Position numbers and translations under genes: made by a program
The notes under the pieces: generated by a model
Database searches by the model: none
Told to the model about the DNA's origin: nothing
Seen by the model: the letters and a program-made list of their open reading frames with translations, nothing else
Assembly: GCA_016748015.1 (NCBI GenBank)
Contig: JAAOMT010000759.1
Location: 1-19,176 of the forward strand
Origin: Geosiphon pyriformis uo1
Lineage: Eukaryota > Fungi > Glomeromycota
Length of the DNA stretch: 19,176 bases
Direction: 5' to 3'
Shown here: one piece after another, positions 1 through 12,163 of the stretch
Layout: the number at the start of each line of letters is the position of its first letter
Numbering within the stretch: position 1 is the stretch's first letter

Positions 1-1868
1 TAGCAGAAAGGAATAAAGACATAAACAAATAATTCAGACAACCACTTATGCTGAAAAAAAGACATTTAAGCACTAAATAGCACTCTAATTTCTTCCAAAA
101 ATTTTTTTTACTATAAACAAAAGGCATATGAGTAATTAGAATTACAAAGATAGAAGTATTAACTCACTATTTTTTTTTTAAGTTTGGTTAATAAATTGTT
201 TTATTTTTTATTTTTAAAAATTAAAAAAATTAATTTTAAATAATTATTATAAATCTTTTTATTTAATTATCATTTTATTTAAGTTTAATATATAAAATTT
301 TTTTTTTAATTGAATTTAAAATTTTTTGGTTTAATTATAATTTTTTGAATACTTTTTTAATTATATTAAAATAATTAATAACTGCTAATTAATTAATTAA
401 AACAAAATGCACAATCTTATACAAAATAACAATNNNNNNNNNNNNNNNNNNNNNNNNNNNNNNNNNNNNNNNNNNNNNNNNNNNNNNNNNNNNNNNNNNN
501 NNNNNNNNNNNNNNNNNNNNNNNNNNNNNNNNNNNNNNNNNNNNNNNNNNNNNNNNNNNNNNNNNNNNNNNNNNNNNNNNNNNNNNNNNNNNNNNNNNNN
601 NNNNNNNNNNNNNNNNNNNNNNNNNNNNNNNNNNNNNNNNNNNNNNNNNNNNNNNNNNNNNNNNNNNNNNNNNNNNNNNNNNNNNNNNNNNNNNNNNNNN
701 NNNNNNNNNNNNNNNNNNNNNNNNNNNNNNNNNNNNNNNNNNNNNNNNNNNNNNNNNNNNNNNNNNNNNNNNNNNNNNNNNNNNNNNNNNNNNNNNNNNN
801 NNNNNNNNNNNNNNNNNNNNNNNNNNNNNNNNNNNNNNNNNNNNNNNNNNNNNNNNNNNNNNNNNNNNNNNNNNNNNNNNNNNNNNNNNNNNNNNNNNNN
901 NNNNNNTATTTTATTATTTTTATTTAATAAAACTAAAATTTTTTTGCTCAAATTCAAAACTGTTAACAGTATTAGTAATATAATAGATATAAAAAAATAT
1001 AAAAAGCTGAAATTTTAATATTATTAATAATACTTTAACTTTTAAAAAAAAATAAAAAAATAGAATTATAAAAAACTTAGTAATAGTAAAAATTTTTTTA
1101 TTTAATAAGTTTGTATTATTAAAAAGTAAACATTAAGATATTAATATTAATAATATAACAAAATTTAAAAATATAAACATAAAAAATAAGCATTTAATAG
1201 AAAGAACAAGCTTTAAAACTAATAATCATAATAAAGTAAATATTATTAATATAAATATATTTAAAATATTTAAAATTGTAATTAAAAAAATAATTGCAAA
1301 ATTTTTAGAAAAAATTAAATTTATTATTAATAATAATAATTTGTATTGTTTAAATTTGGCATAATTAAGTCAATTAAGATACTATTAATAATACTTTGGC
1401 AAAAAACTATAATAAAATTTACCAAATTAAATCAAATTAATTTAATTAAAAATAATTAAATAATTTTAATTAAAAAAAATATTAATTGTATAACTAAGAT
1501 TAAGATAAACAAAATATTATAAAAAATAAAAAATATTTATAAAATTTTATTATACTTTATTAATAAAAACAATTATATATAATTTGTAAAATTTTTTAGT
1601 TTTTTTTGGTAAAAAAAACCTGTATTATTAATTATTATCTAATTATATATGTTTATATTAAGTGTATTATTATTTGTTTTTAATTATAAAAATTGTTTAT
1701 TAAAAATTTAATTTGAATTAGACTAAATTAAATTTAATATAATATTCAATTTGTAAAAATTTTAATTATATAATATTTAAGAATAATTTTAATATAAAAA
1801 AAATACCAAAAATTTAGATTAAAATTATTTTTTAAATTCAATAAAACTAAATTAGTAAGTATTTATAT

Positions 1869-2525
1869 TGTTATGGGTTGAAGTAACAAGCTAATGGATA
1901 GCAAAAAAGAACAGAATTGTAGGATGATAAAAATAATCAAAGGGAATTCAACTTTAAAAAACAAATTGAATGAATATGGATTTAATGTGCGAGATTAGTC
2001 TCATAAAATATCTCAGTCACTATTCTTTTTAAAGATAACTGGAGAATCTGAAGGTAGAGAGATAGTCCGTACTATCAACAATTGATCACCACTGGTATAA
2101 TTCTATGCCTTATGTCAGCACTCTTAGAATTCAATATCAGGTATTAACTTGTGCTTTTCAGTTATGTTTATTCAAATAATCTTCAAATACTACAATTATA
2201 TACGTCAAGAAAAAGCCAACAAGTAATCTTTTATCTTTAAAATGTTCAGATACTTGAAGGTAGAAAAAGAGTGATAAGAGAAGGATTGAGATGAAAGTTG
2301 TTATTTTATTTATTCTTGATTATTTAGATGCTTGTTATTACATGCTTTTCTACAGCTAAGAGACTCATTACTTATATAGCTATTGAAAGTGGTTAACAAT
2401 CAGGTCAATGGTCAGGTTATTGATCAGGTCAATGATCAATATCTAAAAATAAGGTGGCTAATTATATAACATCAATGGTTAATACATGTAATAACTAATA
2501 AAAACTATGAGTTTCAACCATAACA
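1869..2525 (-). repeat. Inverted copy of the Gypsy 3' LTR (657 bp)
   Basis: Runs TGTTATGGG...CCATAACA and is the reverse complement of 16144-16855. It has only 3 full 12-bp repeat units. The PPT complement TCATCCTCTCC follows at 2526. Confidence 0.95.
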
Positions 2526-2916
2526 TCATCCTCTCCAAAGAGATTGAGCTCCGGCAAAATCAAACTATTTATGGGATATTCTAATTAAAGAGTTTTATCT
2601 AATTCAAAGCTAACTAGTTTGTTGAAGTTTTTTGTAGATAAAGTGTATAGAACTTGAGGCAAAATGAGCTTTGTATAAGAGTTTTGGCTCTTCTTGTAAT
2701 GGTCAAAACTCTTGGCACATCTAATTGTATAATGCCCAAAATTTCTACTTGTATCTCAGAAGTTGTTTTTTTCATCAGCTTCATGTCTTTTATGATTTTA
2801 CCAAGTTGACCATAGAGCTCTAGTTGTCTTCCATATGACAAATTTTTGTCTATGGGCAAGATTTCTTTGATTGATTTTCCAATGGTGTTGGAAGGTGCAA
2901 GTATTGCTGCTATTAT
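2526..2916 (-). pseudogene. Inverted duplicate of the PPT and C-terminal part of retroelement ORF3
   Basis: ORF 2614..2859(-) PIDKNLSYGRQLELYGQLGKIIKDMKLMKKTTSEIQVEILGII matches ORF 15740..15922. A 22-bp deletion frameshifts the end. Confidence 0.93.
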
Positions 2917-2975
2917 AACAGATACATCAACACATTATAAAAACAAAATGCAATAAAAAGTGTGTTCTTATTAAC

Positions 2976-4534
2976 ATGCCAAAAAACATGAACCAAAAGC
3001 GAGCAGCAATCTTCTTGGAGACTAAAAAGGCTCTTTGCCAATACAAACTAGAGCATCCTAACTATTCAGCAAATAGACTTATTGAAATATTTAATCTAAA
3101 AATTGACCGCTCTACTGTAACAAAGATACTCGCAAAATCAGACTAATGGATTGAAAAAAATGTATTTGGCAACTCTGGTCAATTGACAAAGGACAAAAAT
3201 AAGATGTTTCTGAAGATAAATAATGTACTGAAAGAATGGATGCTTGGAGCACTAACTACCAACTGCATTTTTACTAGAAAAATTTTACAAACAAAAGCTC
3301 TCAAGTTTGCTGAAAAGTTTTCAGAAGAAAATAACTTTAAAGCATCAGATGGTTGGTTAGAAAAGTTTAAGAAACATTATAATTTGCATTACATTAAGAT
3401 ATATGGTGAAGCAAACAGTGCCCTCTTAGAAATTTTACCAGAGAAACAAAAGAAACTGCATGAGATTATTAGCAAATATAATCTAAATAATGTTTATAAT
3501 GCCAATAAGACAGCATTATTTTTTAGAATGCCACCAAATGCAACTTTGGCAACAAGATCTACCTCTGGCACTAAGCATGATAAGAGTCAAATTACCATAC
3601 TTCTTGTTTGTAATACAACAGGCAGCATTAAGTTGCAGTCTTTAATTATCAGCAAAGCCACAAAGCCACGATATTTTCATAATATTAATATGAATGCATT
3701 TCCAATCACTTATCATTATAATACAAAAGCATGGATGCGAACTGATATTTTTAGTGAATGGCTTAATTTATTAAATGAAAAAATGCATCACAAGAAAAAA
3801 TAGATTTTGCTATTGCTTGATAATACTGGTCCCCATAATAGAAAATCTTCCGTATTATCTAATAATATGATTAGATACCTACCATCTAATATAACATCCC
3901 ATTTGCAACCATTAAATACAGGAATTATTGCATTCTTTAAGACACAATACCAAAAGTTGTTTTTTTTTATCTTATTAATCAGTATAATAGCAAAATTCCA
4001 ATATCAACAATAGCATTAAAGGATGCGATTGACTTTCTAATTGATGTGTGGTTAGTGGTAACAACAATTACAATCCAAAACTGTTGGCATCATATGGGAA
4101 TTCTGAATAATAGTCAAATGCCAGCCCATTCATTAGATATTGAACAAGAACTCCTACAAGAAGTACAAGTTCTTATTAAACACATTAATATTGACAAGCT
4201 ATTAACAATAGACTTTATTAATATTGATAAGTTTGAACTATTATTCATTTATGCTTCAAGGGATGAAATTGTGAATCTTATTAACAACAAGTATAGTGGA
4301 AATTCTAATGCAAATGAAGATTTAAAAAGTAAAAATGAAGATGAATTTTTGCTTTTGCTATTTACATATCAAGGTAAAATTGCACTTGAAGATATATTGT
4401 GCTATTGTAAAGAGCAGTATAGTGAAAAAGTTAATTCAGACTTTTTTAAAACTTTGAGAACATTAATTCGTAATACTGTTCTCAAAGTTCAATAAGAAAA
4501 AAAACAGTTGCAAATGGATAGCTTTTTTAAATAA
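2976..4534 (+). pseudogene. Decayed pogo/Tigger CENP-B-like transposase (two HTH domains + DDE_1 domain)
   Basis: Starts MPKNMNQKRAAI...IDRSTVTKIL. Motifs: FKASDGWLEKFKKH (HTH CenpB), VYNANKTALF (NADET motif, D>N), KAWMRTDIFSEWL, LLLDN, HLQPLNTGII (QPLD motif, D>N), TIQNCW. Several in-frame stops and a frameshift near the T run at about 3960-3968. Confidence 0.93.
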
Positions 4535-4614
4535 AATATATATAATTGGTTATTATATTATGTATGTAATATATAGATCATGTGATAAGATATTAATCAT
4601 TTTTTATAGTTTTA

Positions 4615-4675
4615 TCTCTTTATAGTCACCACAAATGTGCTAACCAAAAGATGTGATTATAAAGGGAGTTCACTG
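4615..4675. repeat. Right TIR of the pogo element with an internal inverted copy of its core
   Basis: TCTCTTTATAGTCAC (4615-4629) is an imperfect inverted repeat of GTGATTATAAAGGGA (4653-4667). The terminus is CACTG|TA. Confidence 0.7.
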
Positions 4676-5265
4676 TAGTTATTTTATATTTAACTTAATT
4701 ATTATAAAAACTTTTAAATATTTTAATTAAATTTACCAATCTAATTAATGTTTTACAGCATATAAATTATTATATAATCTTATAAAGTACAGAATTTTAT
4801 TTAAAAATCTGATTAAAAATTATAAATTATAAATAACAATAAAAATTTTCATCTTCTAATAAAATAACAATTGTTCATACAAGATATTAAAATATATTAA
4901 AAGTAAAGCTCTTAAATTTACAACTTAGTTATTTAAATTTTTAATTAGCTTGAATAATAGATTAAAGTTTTAAGAGAAATATAACTCTTATCTAAATACT
5001 TTTTTATATAATAGTCAACATCAAGTTCTTTTGGTATTTGTTTTGAAATTGCTATTTAAGAAAAATAGGCTGCTGTTAATATTATCAGAGTTCAAAAAAA
5101 AATGTTTCTTATCTTATCAAAATTTAATTGTGTAAAATTTCAGATTAAAAGTTATTTTATTTTACAAAATTTGTTGAGCAACTTTACATATTCAAAAAGA
5201 TAATTTTAATTCAAGCTTTTATAAAGTTTTTCAATGAAATTTACTACTACTAATTTAAAAAAAAA

Positions 5266-6588
5266 TTTTTTTTCATATGTAGTAGATTATTTAAACTTTT
5301 TTAATATAATGTTTTATAATTTATAATGGTATAAAAATATGCTTTCCAAAAACTTTTGTTTATATTTTTGTTTACTAATAGTAAAACTGCTTTTATTTAC
5401 TTCTAAATACTAAATATTATCTTATGAAACTCAAATTCTTGTGTTATATAGTGTTATATAATTCTATTTTGAACATTAAAGCCGGATTGTTAATTATAAA
5501 GCAGTTAATTCAACTAGAAAATTCAGATTTAGATTCTTGTAAATAAAAATTATTGTTTATCATCAAGTTTTTTTGGTAAATTTAAGAATTTTGAAATTGA
5601 ATTTTTGATGTTATGATTTAATAAGAATTCAAAAGTTTTAAAAAAATTTAATTTGAAAAATATTTCTAATTGAGATTTTTTTTTAATTTAATTTAATAAT
5701 ATTAAGTATCCTGAAAGTCAGCAAAAAACATCAATGAAATTTAATTAATTATAAGTTCTAAATGGCTAATAATTTATTATCTTGACATTTGAAAATTCTC
5801 AAAAATCCAGTAAGTTATTTTTTCTCTTGAAATAATTTGATAAAATATATATGGAATGGTATTTTTGATATTTTAAAATATGCAATTATGAAAAATAGAT
5901 CATAAATAAAATAATTTGATAAATTTTAATTTATTTTTTTTTATTGTATCNNNNNNNNNNNNNNNNNNNNTTTTTTTTCATATGTAGTAGATTATTTAAA
6001 CTTTTTTAATATAATGTTTTACATTTTATAATGGTATAAAAATATGCTTTCCAAAAACTTTTGTTTATATTTTTGTTTACTGATAGTAAAACTGCTTTTA
6101 TTTACAAATTTTTACTTTTAAATACTAAATATTATCTTATGAAACTCAAATTCTTGTGTTATATAGTATTATATAATTCTATTTTGAACATTAAAGCCGG
6201 ATTGTTAATTATAAAGCAGTTAATTCAACTAGAAAATTCAGATTTAGATTCTTGTAAATAAAAATTATTGTTTATTATCAAGTTTTTTTGGTAAATTTAA
6301 GAATTTTGAAATTGAATTTTTGATGTTATGATTTAATAAGAATTCAAAAGTTTTAAAAAAATTTAATTTGAAAAATATTTCTAATTGAGATTTTTTTTTA
6401 ATTTAATTTAATAATATTAAGTATCTTGAAAGTCAGCAAAAAAACATTAATGAAATTTAATTAATTATAAGCTCTAAATGGCTAATAATTTATTATCTTG
6501 ACATTTGAAAATTCTTAAAAATCCAGTAAGTTATTTTTTCTCTTGAAATAATTTGATAAATTTTAATTTATTTTTTTTTATTATATCT
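5266..6588 (+). repeat. Tandem duplication (about 5266-5950 and 5971-6588) separated by a 20-N gap
   Basis: Both copies start TTTTTTTCATATGTAGTAGATTAT and end TTTTTTTTATT(G/A)TATC. They differ by SNPs, a 10-bp indel and a 79-bp indel. Confidence 0.92.
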
Positions 6589-7513
6589 TGATATAAAATC
6601 TCTAAATTTAAAAATTCGAAATTAACTCTGTTAAAATTTTTTAATTAATGGTTGCTTCATGATAAATTTAAATTTTATTCAAAAATTCAACTATATTTGT
6701 TGGTTTTCTAAAATATGTTTTTTATTTAGTTTATAAAAATTATTTTATATAAATAATCTAATAAAAATTTGTGTATTTATTTTTAATTTTATTTTTATTT
6801 TTATTTTTATTTTGAAATAATTTAAAATATTTATTGTCATAATATTGTAAAACAATTCCAATAAAGTGTTATTGCTGCTCATAATTATTGTAACTTAAAT
6901 TAACCTATATGTGAAAAAATACTTTAACCTAAAGAAACACAAGATGTTATTTAAAATAGAACAAAATATAAAAGCCTGTTAATTTTAAAACTTAAATTTT
7001 TTACAAATGATAAGTGTTTTATTTATTATATTTATTATTTAAAAACTTAAATCTAAACACCTTTTTTAGAGTTGGATTTGAATTTAGAAATTGATTAAAT
7101 TAGCAATAATAAATTAATATGTTTGTATTTTTGTTAAACCAATAAAATCAGTAAGCACTTTAATAATAGAACAGATGAAAAATTTGAGAAAAAATCGGTT
7201 TTTTATTTATATTTAGTTTTATATATAGTATAAATTATCATATATAGTTTTATTTTTAAAAAAAGTTTATTTTTAAATGTAAAAATTATTAACTGTAAAA
7301 CATTTTCTTTTCAAATATTTTATATATAAACATGTTTAATAGAAAATTTGATATTTCAAATAAACTAATAGATTTTGTTTCTGTAAACTTTAATCTATAA
7401 ATTTTATTTTTCAAATTATTTGTAAACTTATAATATTATGTTTTTACTCATAAAATTGTAAATATTCTTATTATTAATCAAATAAATAAGAATAAATGTG
7501 AACTTTATAATAT

Positions 7514-8120
7514 TGTTATGGTTAAATTTTTTATTTTTTAGCTTTTTATTATTTACTTAACCATAGTTAGTCATATGTATTAGCCACTAAAGTCATTAGT
7601 TAACCACTTTATTTTTAGAAATAGTCGTTAATATAATTATTAACTTAATTATTGACTTGGTTATTGACTTGATTATTAACTTGATTATTGACCAAATTAT
7701 TGATGTGATTACTAACCTGATTATTAACCTAATTATTGATATAAACAAAACTTTTTAAAGCTGTAAAAAAGATATTTATATTCGAATTCACATTTTCAGA
7801 TTAATACAACAATATCAATTCTTTATTTTCTTTTCACTATTTCTTTTTTTTTTCTTAATTTGTATAATTGTTAGTTTCTGTAAAGTATATTGAATAAAAT
7901 ATTTACTGAAAAGTACAATTAATACCTAATATTAAAAGTGCTAATGTAAGGCATAGAATTATACTAGTGTGTTATTTTTGTTAATAGTATAGACTATTCA
8001 GATTTTTTTGTTATTTTTGAAAAGAATAGTAATTAAGATATTTATAAAACTAATCTTATATATTGAATTCTTACTAATTCAATTTACTCATTAAAATTGA
8101 ATTACTCTTTTATTAATTTC
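7514..8120 (+). mobile_element. Old degenerate solo-LTR-like relic related to the Gypsy LTR; 3' end uncertain
   Basis: Starts TGTTATGGTT after ATAT. Shares ATGTATTAGCCACTAA, the 12-bp ATTGAC(C/T)TGATT array (about 7640-7740), AGTGCTAATGTAAGGCATAGAATTATAC and GAAAAGAATAG with the LTR at 8999. Confidence 0.8.
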
Positions 8121-9090
8121 TTAAAAACAACACAAATTACATTGTATTTATAATCTAATTGAATTAATTGATTGATTAATAGCCACTTTCATATTAAAAT
8201 ATTGTTATGTTAAATATTAAAATATTAAAATTGAATAGAAAGTGAAAATAAATATGTTTTTGTTATATTTTTATAATTTATTAAATCTTATTAATTTTAT
8301 TTAAATAGATACTGAGTAGGATATTTTATTTTTAAAATTAATTTTCTTCTTTGTAACAGTCAAATTCAATCGAAATTAAAACACAAAGATAATTGATTTA
8401 TAAATATTTTTTTATTTCATATTATTTTTTTAATGACCAAATTACTTTAACTGTTATAATTTTTGTTTTTTTATTAAAATATCTCATTTGCTATTTAAAA
8501 TATGTTATTTGTTACTAAGAATTATTTGTCTTTTATTTAAAATATTTGTTGCTGTTCAATTTTATAATAAAAACATTAAAAACATTAAAAATCAAAAATA
8601 ATAGATAAATATATTTATTAAAAACACTAAAACCAAAAATAATAAACTATTAAAATTATTAAAAAAACTAATTAAAAGAAAAAAAAACATTTAAAAATAT
8701 CTTTAAATCAAAAACCAAATTTAAATAAAAAATAAAAACAAAAAAAAAAGATTTTAAACAGGATATAAAGTTTAATTTAAACACTAAATTTAAACTTTAT
8801 TTAAAAAAAGCTTTAAATTTTTTTTCTAAATTATTTAAATATAATTTAGTTGTATTATATATTATTTTAAAAAAATTTGTGTTATTTGTTTTGTTAAAAA
8901 CAATATTAAATCTTTAAAAATAAAAGCTTGAACAATTTAAACCTATATTTTTTAACTAAAAAGAATTAAATAAACAATAAAAGCTAATTTTTTAATATTG
9001 TTATGGTTCAAACTCATAGTTTTTATTAGTTATCCCATGTATTAGCCACTAATGTCATATAATTAGCCATCTTATTTTTAGATATTGATC

Positions 9091-9217
9091 ATTGACCTGA
9101 TCAATGACCTGACTGTTAACCTAACTATTGACCTGATCATTGACCTGATTATTGACCTGATCATTGACTTGATCATTGACCTGATCATTGACCTGGTTAT
9201 TAACCTGGTCATTGACC
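9091..9217 (+). repeat. 12-bp minisatellite ATTGACCTGATC in U3 (10 full units plus a partial)
   Basis: Directly visible tandem array. Confidence 0.92.
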
Positions 9218-9229
9218 ATTTTTAATAGC

Positions 9230-9236
9230 TATATAA
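9230..9236 (+). promoter_or_regulatory. Putative LTR TATA box (TATATAA)
   Basis: Conserved in all three young LTR copies, just downstream of the array. AATAAA follows at about 9294. Confidence 0.5.
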
Positions 9237-9752
9237 GTGATGAGTCTCTTAGCTGTAGAAAAGCATGTAATAACAAGCATCTGAATAATCAAGAATAAAT
9301 AAAATAACAACTTTCATCTCAATCTTTCTCTTATTGCTAATTTCCCTTTCCCTATCTTCAAGTATTTGAACATCTTAAAGATAAAAGATTACTTGTTGGC
9401 CTTTTCTTGATGTATATAATTGTAGCATTTGAAGATTATTTGAATAAACGTGACTGAAAAACACAAGTTGATACCTGATATTGAATTCTAAGAGTGCTGA
9501 TGTGAGGCATAGAATTATACCAGTAGTGATCAATTGTTGACAGTACAAACTATCTCTCTACCTTCAAATTCCCCAGTTACCTTTGAAAAAAATAGCAACT
9601 GAGATATTTTATAAGACTGATCTCACACATTGAATCCATACTTATTCAATTTGCTCTTTAAAATTGAATTCTCTTTAATTATTTCTATTACCCTACAATC
9701 CTGTTTTTTCTTGCTATCCATTAGCTTGTTACTCCAACTCATAACATAAAAG

Positions 9753-9769
9753 TAGTGCTCCCTGTAAGG
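9753..9769 (+). promoter_or_regulatory. Putative primer-binding site (TAGTGCTCCCTGTAAGG, likely originally TGGTGCTCC...)
   Basis: Lies 6 nt after the 5' LTR. One G>A change from a TGG-starting tRNA 3' complement. tRNA identity not established. Confidence 0.55.
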
Positions 9770-9798
9770 TTGTCAAAATCCACTTTGTTTTCTATTGT

Positions 9799-11584
9799 AT
9801 GGATCATTATTTATACCTGCCACAACAATCAGAAGAACACTTTAAAGTACACAACAAAAACAATCTAGACTTTATTGAACTCAATCCTTTGCCCTCCTGC
9901 TTGATTTGCTTTCCCATTAAAGAACAATCTAGCAGACAATTCCAAGACTTTTGAAACTGGTTCTTGAACAAGTATTCAGCTGAAACCTACACAGCTTATA
10001 CAATCTATTACTTTGACCAAGCTTATTTTGAAGACAACTTTAAAAGAAGAAACAACAGTATCAATCAGCTTTTATATTCTGCAATCTTTGAACAACAGCC
10101 CTCTGATTTTGAATATCTGAATTATCAAATCCACATTTGGATTGCTGCCCATCAATCAACAGAAACTCCTCTTAAAACAGAAAAAGAAAGCTATTAAACC
10201 ACTTCTGTTTTTGATTTTTTTTCAAGTAAATCAGAACACTCCATACAAACAGTTATATTTGAACCAATAGCTTAAGACCCTTTACAACAAAACATTCTGA
10301 TTGCCTTCCAAGGTATACAGACTGCTTTAGGGTGAAGAAACAACACTTCATTACCATTATTTAGAGGTGATGCCCAAGATCTAATTGAATGGATAGATAA
10401 CTTTGAGAGAGCTGCTACAGCCAACCAATACAATGATGAATACAAGTTTCAAATTGTTGGTGGCTACCTCCAAGGCTCCTCTGCTACATGGTTTTCACAG
10501 GAAACTAATGCTAATGCCCATCAAAAAATCATTAGATAGATGCCAGCAAATGTCGGAGAAAACAACACCTCTTTCACAACCCAGTTTGAAAACAAGTTCA
10601 GAACTCCAATCTTGATATCCAAGTGGTGCATAAAATTAGAAAAAAGAACCCAAGGCCCAGGAGAAGTAGTAACTGAATATGCCAAAGCAATCAAAAAATT
10701 GATCAAGCATGTAGACTTTAGAAAGAACTAGACAGAAGAGCAAAAAATTCATTTCTTCACAAAAAGACTGAGAACTGATTTATCTTATGCTCTTTGGTCT
10801 CTCTTGGCTCTGAAGGACAACTCTACAATAGACATGGCTATTGAACTTGCCCAATGAATTGAAGACAACCAAAGAATGTATTTGGGGTTTACACTTCCAG
10901 TTTTTGCTTCTGTTTCTGTCATGGCTCCTGCTTCTCAAAAAGCTGCTATCTCTTTTACTGCCCAAACCCAAGACCCAAATAAACAATTGATAGACAGACT
11001 TACAGCAAATTTTGCCTGGTTATTAGAGCCCTTAGCACAAGCAGTCAGAGAAAATCAACAACCCCAGAGACCCAGATTTAAACTCTGCTTTAATCAGCCT
11101 CAGCAACTCCTTTATCAAAGACAACAAAATTGTGGCCCACCTGTGTGCTATTGCTGTGAATTAACTGGACACTTCTACAGAAATTACAACAATTCTTCTT
11201 TGTCTCCTCCAGTTTCCAGAAATAATGACAATCAGAACAATAGAATTAATAACAATAATGTTCTCAATCAAAGATTTAACCATGCAAACATCAATTTCTT
11301 TGGAGAGAATCCCTTAGTTGAAGCCACAGTTTATCAGCCTTTAAACTGGTAGGCACATCTCAAAAGAGTGAGAGTGCAAGCCAACCAGAAAAAAACCCCT
11401 TTTACGCTTTTAACTTAACTGATAATAACTATGACATAGATGAACTAGTAATCAACACTTCTGAATCAACCAGAAAGAAAAAGAAAGCCAAGGTTGATTT
11501 GTTTTAGACCCAAACAAACCATCAACTTCCACTGCTGATAACAATGAGCCACCAAAAGCTAAAGTATTTAAAAATTCTCCAAAG
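9799..11584 (+). pseudogene. gag: Gag with long N-terminal extension, capsid-like region and degenerate CCHC knuckle
   Basis: One frame from ATG 9799 (MDHYLYLPQQ) through PLFRGDAQDLIEWIDNFERAATANQY, YLQGSSATWF, QGPGEVVTEYA and CYCCELTGHFYRNY. Multiple stops; frame changes near 11330-11367 and about 11500. Confidence 0.88.
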
Positions 11585-12163
11585 TTGGAACTCCCAGAAA
11601 TTGTACAAAAATCTGGCTCTTATTCTGTTGTCAAAGATCTCATGGAAACTCCAGCACATATTACCTTTGGCCAACTAATGACCCATTCACAATTCAGAAA
11701 AGATCTCTGTAAATCCTTGATTCCCAAGAAGAAAACACTAAAAACCAACAAACACCCTTGTCAAGCTGGACTTGCTGACAGCAGCAATGTTACCCCATTA
11801 ATTTGTAAAGCCCAAGTGACTGGTTATTTCATTGACTTGATCCTGGACAGTGGATCATCTGTTAGTGTTATTGCCAAACACTTTCTGGAAGCCATTGAAA
11901 GAAAAATTGATGAGCCTTCAATCAGACCAATGACCAATGTGCATGGTGACAAAAAAAAAGGTCTTGGCATAACCAAAGCTGTTCCTGTTCGCATTAATGA
12001 CATTAACATTGAAACTGACATGAAGATTTCTGAAGCTAAAGAATACATTATCATTGTTGACAATGAATGGCTCAAGAAAGCTAAAGCACTGCTTGACTAT
12101 GAGCTGTGTGAACTAACCATCAGATGTGATGAGAAGCCTATTGTGGTTAAGTGTCACCACTAG
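11585..12163 (+). pseudogene. pol: Retroviral-type aspartic protease region
   Basis: LILDSGSSVSVI active-site motif and IIVDNEWL (IIGxxWL-like) motif. Confidence 0.92.

Larger units (their letters stand above)
43..2916 (-). repeat. Left arm of long inverted repeat (reverse-complement copy of 15731-19176); includes N gap 434-905
   Basis: CACTTATGCTGAAAAAAAGACATTTAAGCACTAAATAGCACTCTAATTTCTTCC at 43 is the reverse complement (one mismatch) of the window end. Collinear blocks: 43-433 vs 18812-19176, 906-1335 vs 17701-18128, 1336-2916 vs 15731-17385. Confidence 0.95.
2917..4675 (+). mobile_element. pogo/Tigger-like (Tc1/mariner superfamily) DNA transposon, left end missing
   Basis: Transposase remnant plus right end ATGTGATTATAAAGGGAGTTCACTG followed by TA (4651-4677), i.e. 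a CAGT-starting pogo-type TIR with a TA target. No matching CAGTGAACTCC was seen upstream. Confidence 0.82.
8999..9746 (+). repeat. 5' LTR (748 bp)
   Basis: TGTTATG...CATAACA terminal inverted ends; direct repeat of 16144-16855. Confidence 0.96.

Noticed and set aside
397-1018. Two long ORFs over the N gap
   Set aside because: Artefacts of 472 Ns.
2976-4534. Domesticated CENP-B-like host gene
   Set aside because: Multiple stops, a frameshift and a surviving TIR with TA indicate a dead transposon.
6061-6261. 66-aa ORF in the tandem duplicate
   Set aside because: AT-biased composition, no motif, and frame broken by a 10-bp indel in the other copy.
9091-9217. CRISPR-like array
   Set aside because: Head-to-tail 12-bp units with no spacers, located inside an LTR.
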